Shown here piece by piece: positions 12,786 through 24,886 of a DNA stretch of 64,000 nucleotides. The position numbers and the translations under genes were made by a program. The stretch comes from Paramoeba atlantica. Taxonomy: Eukaryota > Protista > Discosea. Each line of letters begins with the position of its first letter. The stretch's first letter is position 1. Below the pieces are notes generated by a model. That model did not search any database, was not told the origin of the DNA, and saw only the letters and a list, made by a program, of their open reading frames with translations. The stretch lies in assembly GCA_977017575.1 (NCBI GenBank), contig CDRNVI010000182.1:62001-126000 (forward strand). The letters are read 5' to 3'.

Positions 12786-14742
12786 TTTTTTTTTCTTTCT
12801 TCTCTCACCCTTTCTCTTTTTTCTTTCTCTCACCTTTTTCTCTTTTTTTTCTTCACTTTTCTCTCTTTTTTCTTTCTCTACTCTCTTTTTTTTTCTTTCT
12901 TTCACTCTTTCTCTTTTTTTCTCTCCCTCTCTCTTTTTTTATCTTCTTCTTCTTTTCCTTCCAAATTCCCTTTTCTTTTCTCTCTCTTTTTTGTTTTTCA
13001 AAGAGAAAAGGGGAAAAAAAGGAAAAAGGAAAAAAAAAAGAAAAAAAAGAAGGAAAAAAAAGAAAAAAAGGGAAAAAATAAGAAAAAAAAGGAAAGAAGG
13101 AAAAAATGAAAAAAATGAAAAAAATGAAAAAAATGAAAAAAAAAAAAAGACCTCTCTTGGTTTGAGCCCCAAGATCACACAACACACCCACCGAGACGGA
13201 TCCCCTGAAAAGAAAGGTGCCACAACCTGAGACAGGGAACAACAGCATGAATTGTTTTGGAAAAAGGAGAATGAGAGAAAAAAAAAGGAGGGGACAACTT
13301 GAGAAGAGAAAAGAGTGGGGGGGAAATGGGGAAAAAAAGGGAGAAACAAGAAAGAGAGAGAAACGAAAAAAAAAAAAACCAAAAGCAGTTTATTGAGTTT
13401 ACAAAAAGCATCTTCCACGGTTTTCGATGTCCTGAAAAATTAAGGGATCTAAAGCAGCGGTTCAACCGCTTTTTTTGTTTTGGTGAGCAGCAGCACAGGT
13501 GACAGAAGAGAGAGAAGAGAGAAAGAAGAAAGAGAAGAAAGAGAGAGAGAGAGAGGAAAGGGAGGAAAGGGAGGGAAGAGAAGAAAGAGAAGAAAGAGAA
13601 GAAAGAGAAGAAAGAGAAGAAAGAGAAGAGAAGAGAGGAAGAGAGGAAAGAGAAGAAAGAGAAGAGAAGAGAGGAAGAGAGGAAAGAGAAGAGAGAAAGA
13701 GAAGAAACTTTCTTGGAGAAAGGAACTTTGTGTTTGAATCTCTTTTTCCTTTGGTTTCTTTTTTTTTTTACCCTTTTTCCTTCTTTTTTTTTCTTTTTTT
13801 CCCCCTGTTTTCCTTTTTTTTCTTTTCTGTTTCTCTCCTTTTTTTCTTTTCTGCTCTTTGATTTCTTTTTATTGCTGTTTTCGCCAAAAGTTGAATTTAG
13901 TTGGTAAACAACAATAAATTTCTTTTTAAAAGAAATTTTCTGTTTCTTAATCCTTTGTGCGGCGAGTGATGGGTTGAGAAAAAAATGTGAACAAGGCTGA
14001 TGATTTTAGACAGCAGTGAGATTGAATAATACACAATGTGTGATGTGGATCTACCAAGATTACTTTCTTGACTCAAAGTTTAGTGGAAAAAGGAGGTTGG
14101 TTGAGTTGAAGTTGTGGCAGTGGCTGCTCAACATAGAAGTCTTCCTCATCATTGGTTCACTGGCAACAGGATAACTGGGATGAGGCAGGCAATACTGCTT
14201 GGGGGGGGGGGGGGTTCTTGGAAGAAGGTCTTCATACAATTACTGGGTGGTCGAGATGCAACTGGGTAGTTGAGATCAAGAAGATCCTGAATATATGCTT
14301 AAGGAAATGATTCTCTTGGAGGTTTTTGTTCAATTTTTGGTCTGAATGAAGAGACAAATGCCAAACAACAATATCTTATTAGGATATTTTGTGTTCGTTT
14401 CCGTTCGGTTCCTTGTTTGCACGTTTCTGGTTTGACCAAGAGAATCGAAAGAGTTTTGTTTTCGAAGCTGCAAAGGATTTCCGTATTTACACCTCTCCCC
14501 CCTTTTTGAAAAATCAAGTGTCCTCACTTGGCAAACTCTTCTTGAATTGTTTGTTCGAGTCTGACTGTCAAGGATAGCAAAATAGCAAAATAGCAAAGAT
14601 AGCAAGGCAAGGGAAAAACCACACGAGTGGAAAGCCCTTGGTTCGAGGGAAAACCAGGACAAACACGGCGCAAAAAACCCTCAGGCGTGAAAGTAGAAAA
14701 AAAATTTCGATCTCCTTTCGCAGTTCCGTAAGATTAGTCTCT

Positions 14743-15183
14743 TTATCCCTTCATTTCGAGGTAATTTTCTAATTCATTCCCATGTGAATCTTTCACATCT
14801 TCTTCGTACATCCAACGTTTTTGAATTCTTCCTCTGCCAGTAGGGCCAACAACAAGATATTGATTATATCCATTGTATATTCTTTCTTGGATAATTTGGG
14901 TGTCAAATCCCTTATTTTCTTGTCCAAGGTTTGAATTTGTGGATTGTGTTAATTTTCGTCTTTTTCTGAATTCTCTCAGGAGAATGGTCTCGCGGAGGAT
15001 TTTATGAATTTCTCTCCTTGCATTCTCTTTTTCTAAGAGGTAATCTTTCAGAAGTTCAGAGTCTTTTAATTGTTCATGTAAAAACCATTCATATCTTATT
15101 TTTCCTGCTGCAGTGGTGATCTGAACGCGATATTTTTTCGGTTCTCCAGAATCATTCTCACTCAGGATTTTGTATTGAAGACT
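14743..15183 (-). CDS. ATG-less open frame with two chromodomain-like repeats (absent from the ORF track)
   Basis: YKILSENDSGEPKKYRVQITTAAGKIRYEWFLHEQLKDSELLKDYL and TQIIQERIYNGYNQYLVVGPTGRGRIQKRWMYEEDVKDSHGNELENYL both fit the I-x-E..Y-x-V..W..E..L..Y chromo pattern. Confidence 0.6.
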   Translation of the reverse strand, partial: SLQYKILSENDSGEPKKYRVQITTAAGKIRYEWFLHEQLKDSELLKDYLLEKENARREIHKILRETILLREFRKRRKLTQSTNSNLGQENKGFDTQIIQERIYNGYNQYLVVGPTGRGRIQKRWMYEEDVKDSHGNELENYLEMKG

Positions 15184-15269
15184 TCAGACATCCTTTCCCA
15201 GGTTCCAACTGGAGGGTCTCTTCTGATTGTTCCATGGGCTCTAAAGTTATCCATTCAACTGTTTTCAAT

Positions 15270-15700
15270 TCACCAATTTCCCCACAGGTTCTGGAAGAAC
15301 CGCGGAAATTTGAGAATTGTCTTTATTTTTCTGCAAAAAGGGAAAGTCAATGTTTGCCCATGCAACAATTTTCGGAATTCGATTTTTCCTTTGTCAAAGT
15401 CAAGGACAGCTCCAATCTTTGAAAGAAATGGAGTTCCAAAAATAATGCTGGAAGAGAGCTCATTTAAGATTGTGAACCCAGTGTCTCCTCCTTTCCCCAG
15501 CAGCAATGTTGATTTCAAGGAGAACTTCCTCCCTTGGTTTGGCACTTGTTTTGTTTGCCATAGTGACCTTGCCGCCTTGATATGGTCTTCTCATTCTTGG
15601 TACAATGTTTTTAATGAGCTTTTCTCGACACCACATCAATTCCAGCACCAGAATCATGTATGCATTTTTGATCAACAGTAAAAGGGGTGTATGGTTAACA
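15270..15700 (-). pseudogene. Retropepsin-like aspartic protease, frameshifted
   Basis: IHDSGAGIDVVS in one frame and TGFTILNELSSSIIFGTPFLSKIGAVLDFDKGKIEF in another. Confidence 0.7.
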
Positions 15701-15844
15701 AATTGTTATTTATTTGACTCAGTTTCGGAAATACTTCTCTCGTCAAGATCTTCTTGTCAAATATAACAAATCCTTTGTCAGTCAGATTAACCAAAGTGTG
15801 ATTTGTATCCTGTTTCCAAGATCTCTTAGTATTTTTCAGATTTG

Positions 15845-16891
15845 TCAAATTGTAAAGAAGTCAAACCTTGCCAGTATTTTTGTGCCCTCTTCAGGTGTTA
15901 GTGTTCCACCTTCCATTGCATCAAAAAGTTCGGAAGCTCTTTCAATTAGTTTCCAGAACTTCTTTTGAGGTTCTTTCCGTCTTTGGGAGTCAGTTTTCAT
16001 GGGGGGGGGTTCTGGTCTCCCCGTGTAGCCATTTTTGATAATCCATTGTCTCAGGGTACTCCTTTTGGATTGCTTTGGAATATTGTTCCATTGCTCTCCT
16101 CCAAGGGGGGTCCTTACCGAAAATGGCATTTGACAATTGCGAACCCTTATGAATTTCGCAGTGTTCAACCAGAAACACTGGCGACTTCCATGGTCTGTAA
16201 AGCCGCAAAGTGAACATCTCATCTTCCCTTGAGTCCTGAAAGAAGCTGCGGATTCAGACCGCAATCCCTCCATCAAGCGACAAAGTCGGAGAAGATGAGC
16301 TCCACCACAAATGAAACAAAAAGGTTCTTCCCTCTTTCTCTTTCGATCAGTTTGGTCCGCAATCTTTTGATACTCTGCCGTATCCTGAACTCCAATCTTT
16401 GCTAATCGAGGTTCTGGCGTCGAGCACTCCAAAGTGAACTTCAGATCGACAAGAAATCTCTTCACTGTATCCTCCCAATCAAGTTTTCTTCCCAAATCCT
16501 TAAACTTCGCCTTGAATACAGACCCTTGTTCAAATTTCTCAGCAAATTCGTCAATAATATCTCTATCACGCGCATCCCTTCGAGAAATTTTGTTCTTCTT
16601 CAAATATAGATCGAGAAAATGGGTCGCGTACTGCTGGAACTTGCTCATTTTCGAATTAGGCATTCGAAAATTTTGGTACCTGGACGAGTCTGTCATCTCC
16701 TCTTCAGTTTGTCCAAACATTTTCCGCAAAGCCTCAAGCAAAACAAGTGGATCTTGGGACTCGCTCACCATCTTCCAGCTAATTGAGTTAGGCAGTTTGA
16801 TAAATAACTTCAGATCCCTCCCAAGAGGTGCCACATTTGGCGAGACTTTTGAGTTCAGCTTCTCTCTCGCCACATAACAAAAATCGTTCAC
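15845..16891 (-). CDS. Gag-like protein with two CCHC zinc knuckles
   Basis: CFICGGAHLLRLC and CSLCGFTDHGSRQC; a low-complexity N-terminal extension to ~17330 is interrupted by a stop and a frameshift. Confidence 0.75.
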   Translation of the reverse strand: MNDFCYVAREKLNSKVSPNVAPLGRDLKLFIKLPNSISWKMVSESQDPLVLLEALRKMFGQTEEEMTDSSRYQNFRMPNSKMSKFQQYATHFLDLYLKKNKISRRDARDRDIIDEFAEKFEQGSVFKAKFKDLGRKLDWEDTVKRFLVDLKFTLECSTPEPRLAKIGVQDTAEYQKIADQTDRKRKREEPFCFICGGAHLLRLCRLMEGLRSESAASFRTQGKMRCSLCGFTDHGSRQCFWLNTAKFIRVRNCQMPFSVRTPLGGEQWNNIPKQSKRSTLRQWIIKNGYTGRPEPPPMKTDSQRRKEPQKKFWKLIERASELFDAMEGGTLTPEEGTKILARFDFFTI

Positions 16892-17333
16892 TTCAGTGGG
16901 GTCCGAAAAATTCGTTTCTTTTACCAGTTCTCTCAGATTATCTCTTTGAGCCTTTGTATACGTTCCAGAGTCTTGAGATGGGTAAGGGTCGATCCATCAA
17001 CATCGAGCTGAGTTGAGAGATTTGTCTTCTCATGCCACTCAAGTCCTTGTTCATCAGCTGTCTCTCTTCTCAGAGTTGAAGAAAACTGTTCTGGAGGTCT
17101 TCATAAGAGGGCGCCTCGTCTTTCCCATTTCCACGAACAGGTGAAAGGCCATCAAGTAGATATCGGTGAGATTCATCTCTCATCACAAACCGAGATGAAG
17201 TTGAAGAACCTGAAGAACCCGAAGAACTTGAAAAGGAGTTGAAAAACTTGAAGGAGTTGAAGAACTGGAAAGGAGCTGAGGAACTTGAGAGAATTGAAGA
17301 ACTTGAAGGAGTTGCAGAACTCGCAGGAGTCAA

Positions 17334-17800
17334 TTGTCTCAAGCTGATATTGATTGAATGGTGAAGGATGCTGAACAGTTTAAGGATGAAGATGAGGAAG
17401 CTCGTAAGAAGGTTGAAGCGAAGAATGGACTTGAGAACTATGCTTACTCTTTGTTGCTGAGTTTGAACACAGGAGGAAGGAATTGGAAGAGAAGGTGATG
17501 CCAATCTTCTCCAAGATCTACCAAGGAGCTGGTGGTGAGGGTGGTGTGCCTGGTGGTATGCCTGGTGGTATGCCTGGGGGTAAGCCCGGTGGTATGCCTG
17601 GGGGTAAGCCCAGTGGTATGCCCGGTGGTATGCCAGGAGGAGGTATGCCTGGTGGATTCCCTGGTGGTGCTGGGGGATTCCCTGGTGGAGCTGGTGGATT
17701 CCCTGGTGGTGATTCTGGTTCTGGAGGTTTCTCTGGTTCTGGTGGAAATGCAGGAGGATCTGGTTCTTCTGCTGAACCCAAGATCGAGGAAGTTGATTAA
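17334..17800 (+). pseudogene. HSP70: Cytosolic Hsp70 C-terminal fragment
   Basis: [39 protein letters not shown], an internal deletion with frameshift, then [27 protein letters not shown] repeats and terminal KIEEVD-stop; in-frame TGA at 17355. Confidence 0.92.
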
Positions 17801-18329
17801 AATTTTGTTGAATACTTTCTCTTTCCTTTTGTATAAAATAAATAAATTATTGGTTGAAAAATATTTATTATTATTATTAAAATAATTTTTTTTTTCTCTC
17901 TCTTTTGGAACTCTCACAACAATCTCAACAAAAGGAGAGGAAATCTCTCACACACACAAACAATCCAATCCCTTTGCCCCTGTCAAGTTAGCAAAAGAAC
18001 ATCACACAGTTTCATTAACCCACCAGACAGAATCCCCACCTCGACTACCATTTTTTTCTTTTGTCAACTTCATCCTCTCTTTTCTCTTTGCTTTTTGTTG
18101 TTTTTTCTCTCCTCTGGGACCATCTCCTGAAAAATAATGAAATCAGATCAATCTGGTGATCTCTTTTTGTTAAAAACACCTCCTCTTTTTGAATTTCCCC
18201 CCACCACACTCTCGCTGCTGCATACATGCTTGAAAATCCCCAAAGAGGCTGCAATATTTGTTTTGTACACAAATATTGTAGTCTTTTTGGCTTCAATAAA
18301 AAGATTAAAGGTACATGTTACACACACAC

Positions 18330-19227
18330 ACTACTCCTCAGGGAGAGGGGGGAAAAAAGTAAGAGAGAAGGAAAAAAAAGAAAAAAGAAAAAACAAATAA
18401 AAAAATAAACAAATAAAAAAGAAAAACAAGAAAAAATAAATAAAAACAAAACAAAAAAACAAAAGGAAAAAAAAAAAAAAGAAAGAAAAAGAAGAAAAAA
18501 GGAAAAGGAAAAACAAAATAAAGGGGAAAAGGAGAGGGAAAGAGAAAAGAAAGGGTCAAAAGAAAAAAAAAGAAAGAAAAGGGAAAGGAAAGGGAAAAGG
18601 AAAAAAAAGAGAAAAAGAAAACAAAAAAACAAAAGAAAACAAAAGAAAAAAAAAGAAAAAAAAAGAAAAAAAAAGAAAAAAAAAGAAAAAAAAAGAAAAA
18701 AAAGAAAAAAAAGAAAAAAAAGAAAAAAAAAGAAAAAGAAAAGAAAAAAAGAAACAAGAAAGAAAAAAGAAAAAAAAAAGAGAAAAAAAGAGAAGAAAAA
18801 AAGAAAAGATAAAAGAAACAAAGAGAAGAAAAAAGAAAAAAAGAAAGAAAAAAGAAAAAGAAAAAAGGAAAAGGAAAAAAAGGAAAGGGGGAAGGAAGAG
18901 GGAAAAGAGAAAGAGAAAAAAGAGAGAACCAACAATTTTCTTTTTATTTTCGCTTTGATCAAGAAAAGAAAGGAGAAAGAGGAGGAAAAGGGAAAAAAAC
19001 AAAAAAAAAACAAAAAACAAAAAAAAAGAAAAGAAAACAAAGGAAAAAAATAAAATAAAAAAACAAAAAAAACAAAAAAAAAGAAAAGAAAAGAAAAGAA
19101 GAGAACAATAAACAAAACAAAACAAAATAAACAAAACAAAACAAAACAAACAAAACAAACAAAACAAAAAAAAAGAAAAAAAAAGAAAAAAAAAAGAAAA
19201 AAGAAAAAAAAAGAAAAAAGAAAAAAA

Positions 19228-19259
<32 letters not shown>

Positions 19260-19922
19260 AAAAAAAAAGAAAAGAAAAAAACTGTGAAGAAAAAGGATCT
19301 CTTTTGATACGTGATTTCACTCTTTTCTAATTCAATGACTTCACTGTCTTAAAAGGAAAGAAAGAGAAGGAAAGAAAAGAAAAGAGAAAGAGAAAGAGGG
19401 GAAAGAGGAGAAAAGAGAAGGGGGAGAAGATTAAAAAGAGGAAAGAGAAAAGATAAAAAAGACAAAAACAAAAGATGAAAGAAAAGAAAAAAAAAAGGAA
19501 AAACACAAAACAAAAGAAAAAAAGAAAAAAGAAAAAACAAAAGAAAAAAAACAAAGAAAAAAAACAAAAAAAACAAAAGAAAAAAAGAAAAAAATCAATG
19601 AAGAAAAAAGGAACATTTTTTTAATACGTGAATTACACTCTCTTCAATTAAACAACTTTCCTGTGTTAAGGAGAAAAGAAAGAGAAAGAAAGAGAGAAGG
19701 AAAAAGAGAGAAAAAGAGAAGAGAGGGGAAAAGATTAAAAAGAGGAAAGATAAAGAGGAAAAGATAAAGAAGAAAAAACAAAAGAAAAATAGGAAAAAAA
19801 ACAAAACAAAACAAAAGAAAAAGAAAAAAAGAAAAAAAGAAAAGAAAAGAAAAAAAAAGAAAAAAAACAAAAAGAAAAAGAAAAAAAAACAAAAAGGAAA
19901 AGAAAAAAAACAAAAAAAAACA

Positions 19923-19954
<32 letters not shown>

Positions 19955-20007
19955 AAAAAAAAGAAAGAAAAGAAAGAAAAAGAAAAGAAAAGAGAAAGAG
20001 AAAAAAA

Positions 20008-20039
<32 letters not shown>

Positions 20040-20081
20040 AAAGAAAAAGAAAGAAAAAAAGAAAGAAAAAAAAAGAAAGAA

Positions 20082-20113
<32 letters not shown>

Positions 20114-20490
20114 AAAGAAAAAAGAATAAACCCCAAGAAAAAAAGAGAACATGATCCCACCTCTTCCCAACTTTCCCAAGCATCCCAACCTTCCCCAACC
20201 TTCCTAAACTTCCCCAACCTTCCTAACCTTCCCCTCCTTTCCCAACCTTCCCAACCTTCCTTTCCCTCTTCCCCTCACCTCTTCCCTCCTTCTCTTTTTT
20301 TTTTTTTTTTAATTTAATTCTTTTTTTCATCTCGCTTTTTTCTTTTTTTCTCTTTCCTCTTTTCTTCCCTCTCCTTTCGCTCTTTCCTCCTTGGCAGGGG
20401 AAAAAAATTATTTTAGCACAAAAAAAAAGATTTTAGGGTTCAAAAAAAAAAAGAAAAAAAGAAAAAAAGAAAAAAAAAGAAAAAAAAAAG

Positions 20491-20521
<31 letters not shown>

Positions 20522-21080
20522 AAAAAGAAAAAAAGAAGAAAAAAAAGAGAAAAACCCTGATTGAGACAATAAACAAAGACCAATTAAGGAAAAGGATCTT
20601 CTTGACACTCTTCTCTGATTCGAGTAATTCAGTGTCCCCTCAAAGAATTGAAGAATTCACAACATTTTTGTCTTTTATCTGTTTTGAAATAAAAGATAAG
20701 ATAAGATAAAAAAGAAAGAAAAAGAAAAAGAGAAAGAGAAAGAGGGGGAAAAAAGAGAAAAAGAGAAAAAAAAGAAAAGAGAAGAAAAAGAAGAAAGAAG
20801 AAAGAGAAGAAAGAAGAAAGAGAGAAGAAGGAGAAAGAAGAGTACCTGAATGGCTTTTTCAAGAAAGAAAAGGAAAGAAAAGGAAAAAAGAAAAGAGAGA
20901 AAAGAGAAAAGAGAAAAGAGATAAAAAAAAAGAAAAAAGAGAAAAAAAAGACTCAAAAGAAAAGAAAACCTTATCAAAAAAACAAGGAGAAAGAGAAGAA
21001 AAGAGAAGAGAAAAGAGAAAAAGAAAAAAAAAAAAAAAGAGAAAAAAAGAAAAAAAAGAAGAAAAAAAAGAAGAAAAAAA
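18330..21080. repeat. Purine-rich (A/G) simple-sequence tracts, probably minus-strand introns with small unresolved exon remnants
   Basis: Long A(n)G arrays separated by short complex islands (19280-19350, 19595-19665, 20570-20690). Confidence 0.7.
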
Positions 21081-21661
21081 AGAACCTTGTCTGGTGGGAT
21101 CTCAAGTCTCCTTGACTCCCTAACTCCCCAACTCCTCTCTTTCTCTCTCTCTCTCTCTCAGCGAGAATTGGATCATCTTCTGGGACATTTCAATTCTTTG
21201 AGGGTCCCAAATCACTGAAAAATATCAAAGAAGAAAAAAGAGTTGTTTGAACAAATCAAAAGAACTCTTTAATTTGTTCATAAAACTCCAAAACATCACC
21301 ACAAAAATCCTTTTAATTGTTCTGTCTTTCTTGATTTTTGATTATATTATCATCTAACAGAAAAAGAAAAAAGAAAAGAAAGAAAAATTAGTTTTCCAAT
21401 TAAAAAAACAAAGAAAAACAAAGAAAAACAAAGAAAAACAAAGAAAAACAAAGAAAAGAAAAAAAACACATCATCACAAAACACCCAACAAAATAAAGGT
21501 TTTTGATCTTGGGTTGGTGGTGGAAAGAAAAAGAGAACGAAAAAGAAAAAGAAAATCAAAAAAGGAAAAAGGAAAAAAAAAAAAAGAAAAAAGAAAAAAG
21601 AAAAAAAAGAAAAAAAAAAAAGAAAAAAAGAAAAAAGAAAAAGAAAAAAGGAAAAAAATAC

Positions 21662-23053
21662 ATTTGAACAAGATTCGTGAGTTGAGTGGTCCTGTGAATG
21701 AATTCTTACTGAAATACCTACAAAGAGAAAAGAAAGAAAGAAGAAAGAAAGAAAAAAGAAAGAAAGAAAGAAAGAAAGAAGAGGGAAAGAAAAGAAATAA
21801 GAGTTAAAAAGGAAAAAAGAAAAAAAAGAAAAAAAAGAAAAAAAAATAATAAAAATAATAAAATAATAATAAAATAATAATAAAATAAATAAAAAAATAA
21901 AATAAATAAAATAAATTAAAAAAATAAAAAAAAAATAAAAAACATCCAAGTCAAATTGGAGAGTTGTCCAAATTCAGTAGGCAAAGTCCCCGTGAAGTTA
22001 TTAGAAACAATGTCTCTAATATTATGAAAGGGAGAGAGAAAGAGAGAGGAGAGAGAGGAGAGAGAGAGAGAAGAAAGAGAAAGAGAGAGAGAAAAGTGAG
22101 AGAGAAAAGAGAGAGAAAGAAAGAAAAAAAAAAATCATCAGAAGAATAATTTGTTCAAAAAATAATCAGAAAAAAAAAGAAAAAAAAGAAAAAAAGAAAA
22201 AAAGAAAGAAAAAAGAAAAAAAAAAGAAAAAAGAAAAAAAAAAAGAAAAAATAAAAAAAAATAAAAAGAAAAACATTTGAAGAAGATGAGAGAGTTGTGT
22301 GAATTCAACAGGCATTGCCCCTGAAAAGAAATTCCCTTCCAGTGATCTGATAAAATCAAAAATAATTTCAATAAAAATGAAAGAAATGAAAAGATAAAAA
22401 AAGAAAAAGAAAAAGAAAAAGAAAAAAGATAAAAAAGAAAAAGATAAAAAAGAAAAAGAAAAAAAAGAAAAAAGATAAAAAAGAAAAAAGATAAAAAAGA
22501 AAAAGAAAAAAAGAAAAAGAAAAAAAGAAAAAGAAAAGAAAAAGAAAAAGAAAAAAAGAAAAAGAAAAGAAAAAGAAAAAGAAAAGAAAAAGAAAAAGAA
22601 AAAGAAAAAGAAAAAGAAAAGAAAAAGAAAAGAAAAAAAAAAGAAAAGAAAAAGAAAAAGAAAAAGAAAAAGAAAAAGAAAAAGAAAAAGAAAAAAAAAG
22701 AAGAAAGAAAAAAATACAAGTCAGTTAAAGAACAAAGTTTTGAAATTTTGTCCAAGATTTTTTCTCCTTTCAGTCGATTGGCTCCTAAAAAAGAAAGAAA
22801 GAAAAGAGAAGAGAAGAAAAGAGAAGAAAAGAGAAGAAAAGAGAAGAGAAGAGAAGAGAAGAGAAGAGAAGAGAAGAGAAGAGAAGAGAAGAGAAGAGAA
22901 GAGAAAAAGAAAGGAAAGGAAAAGAAAGAAAAGGAAAAGAAAAAAAGAAAGAAAAGAAAATGATAAAATTATTAAAAGAATAATAAAAGAAAGAAAAAAA
23001 ATAAAATAATAAAATAATAAAATAATAAAATAATAAAATAAAATAAAAATAAA

Positions 23054-23086
<33 letters not shown>

Positions 23087-23175
23087 AAAATAAAAATAAA
23101 AAAAAAACATAATTAGGCATGATGAAGATTTTCAATTTCTGATGGAACAAGTTCCTCTGTCAGAAAGATCTCTAG
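21662..23175 (-). pseudogene. LRR-repeat gene with 72-nt one-repeat exons, copy A (damaged)
   Basis: AG/GT-bounded exons 22275-22346 (SLEGNFFSGAMPVEFTQLSHLLQ), 21944-22015 (DIVSNNFTGTLPTEFGQLSNLTW), 21662-21717 (16-nt deletion) and 22718-22784 (ANRLKGEKILDKISKLCSLTDL). Confidence 0.8.
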
Positions 23176-23523
23176 AAAGAGAAGAGAAGAGAGAGAGGGA
23201 GAGAGGGAGAGAAAAGGGGAGAGAGAGAGAGAGAAAAGGGGAGAGAGAAAGAGAGAAGAAAGAAAAAGTTAAAAGAAAAAAAAAAAGAGAGAGAAAAGTT
23301 AAAAGAAAAAGAAAAAGAAAAAAGAGAGAGAAAATAAAAGAAAAGAAAAGAAAGAAAAAGAAAAAGAAAAGAAAGAAAAAGAAAAAAAAAGAAAAAAAAA
23401 AGAAAAAGAAAAAAACAAGAGACTCTGCATGGGGGTTGTGGTGTTGCTCTCCTCCTCTCCCATTCTCTCTCCCTCCAAGACCCCCCCCCTTTGGGAACAC
23501 ACGCACTCTCTCTCTCTCCAGAA

Positions 23524-23580
<57 letters not shown>

Positions 23581-24153
23581 GAACCTTTTCACTCTCCTTC
23601 CTCTCTGAAAAAAACCAGTTGGACCTGAAATAGAGGTCCATCATTTCCCTCTTTTTTTTTTGTTTTTTTTTTTCTGGGGGTTTGTGGTTTTTTCTCTTTC
23701 TCTCTTTTTCTCTTTTTCTCAGTCACTCTTCTCTTTTCTTTTGGTGGTTGTGATCTCTTTCTTTCTGTTTTTTTTTTCGCACCCTTTTCTTTTCCTTTTT
23801 TACTTCTTTCTTGTTCTTTCTTTCTTCTTCAAGACCATCACTCTTGTTTTTTGTTTTCCGTTTTTTATGTTTTTCCTTTCAGTCCCGCCCCTAAAACAAG
23901 TTTTTTATTCCGAGAAAAGAGAGTTAAAACAAGAAGAGAGATCACAAAAAAATTCTTTGACAAACCTTTGTCCACAAACAAAATTGAGGTTTTTTCTTTT
24001 CTCTTCTTTTCCTCTCTTTTCTCTTCTTCTTTTCTCTTCTTTTCTCTCTTTTTCTTTTTTCTCTTCTTTCTTTTCTCTTCTCTTTTCTCTTTTCTTTTTT
24101 GTTAATTTTGAGTAATTGGATTGATAAAAAGGAGAAAAAAAAGAAGAGAAAGT

Positions 24154-24271
24154 GTCTTCGGTCATACCCAGTTGAAAGCACCCGATCCCATCAGAACTCG
24201 GAAGTTAAGCAGCTGTGGGCTCGGTTAGTAGAATGGTGGGTGACCACATTCGAATCCCGAGTGCTGAAGAC
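24154..24271 (+). rRNA. 5S: 5S rRNA gene, copy 2
   Basis: Same sequence as copy 1, same aagaagagaaagt leader. Confidence 0.96.
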
Positions 24272-24603
24272 CTTCTCTTTTTCTTTTTTTCTTTTTTTCT
24301 TTTTCTTTCTTTTTCTTTCCCTTTTTTTCTTTTTCTTTTTTTCTTTCCCTTTTTTTTTAATTTTCTTTTTGTTGAAAAACAGGTCTGAGGAAAACACAAA
24401 TTTGATTCTGGTTCAGTCTTTTTCTTGTTATTCTATTTGCAGATCGTGGTATGCCTCCACACAAATATTTGAGAGAAAATATTCAAAATAAGGAGGGTGT
24501 GTTTTGTTATTTTTGGTTCCCTCTCTTCTTGATCATTTCACCCCCAAAAGATGTTCCACAAAAAAAGCAAAAAAGAGTTTTGAAGGCATAGAATTATTAT
24601 TAT

Positions 24604-24649
24604 TACTCTCTGAGTTACGAATTTTCACAAATTAGCAACTCAGAGAGTA
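24604..24649 (+). other. Conserved hairpin element, copy 4
   Basis: Perfect 13-bp inverted repeat tactctctgagtt/aactcagagagta around acgaattttcacaaattagc. Confidence 0.8.
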
Positions 24650-24886
24650 TTACAAGAAGATATCCCTTTCATCTAAATTATGATTTTTAAGGAAGAAAAA
24701 GTGAGAGTTATTGGGAGACTTAAACAGAGAAAAGAAGGAAAAAAGGGGAGAGTGTGTGTGTTGTTTGTTGTTTGACAAGATGCACCCCAACAATGTGAGA
24801 GAAAAGAATAAATAAATAAACCAAAAAAGTGGGATATTCAAAAAGAGAGATTTTATTTTGAAAGGATGATTTTGAAGATCTCCTTT

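Larger units (their letters stand above)
14600..17333 (-). mobile_element. Ty3/gypsy-type gag-protease-double-chromodomain element without RT/RNase H/integrase
   Basis: Gag ORF with two zinc knuckles, frameshifted retropepsin (DSGAG ~15630-15655; F.IL...IIFGTPFL), an open frame with two chromodomain-like repeats ending at TAA 14743, then a 3' cis motif. Confidence 0.7.

Noticed and set aside
13370-13440. Exon-like fragment TSKTVEDAFCKLNKLL resembling a small GTPase C-terminus
   Set aside because: Too short, and no P-loop or other GTPase exons were found nearby.
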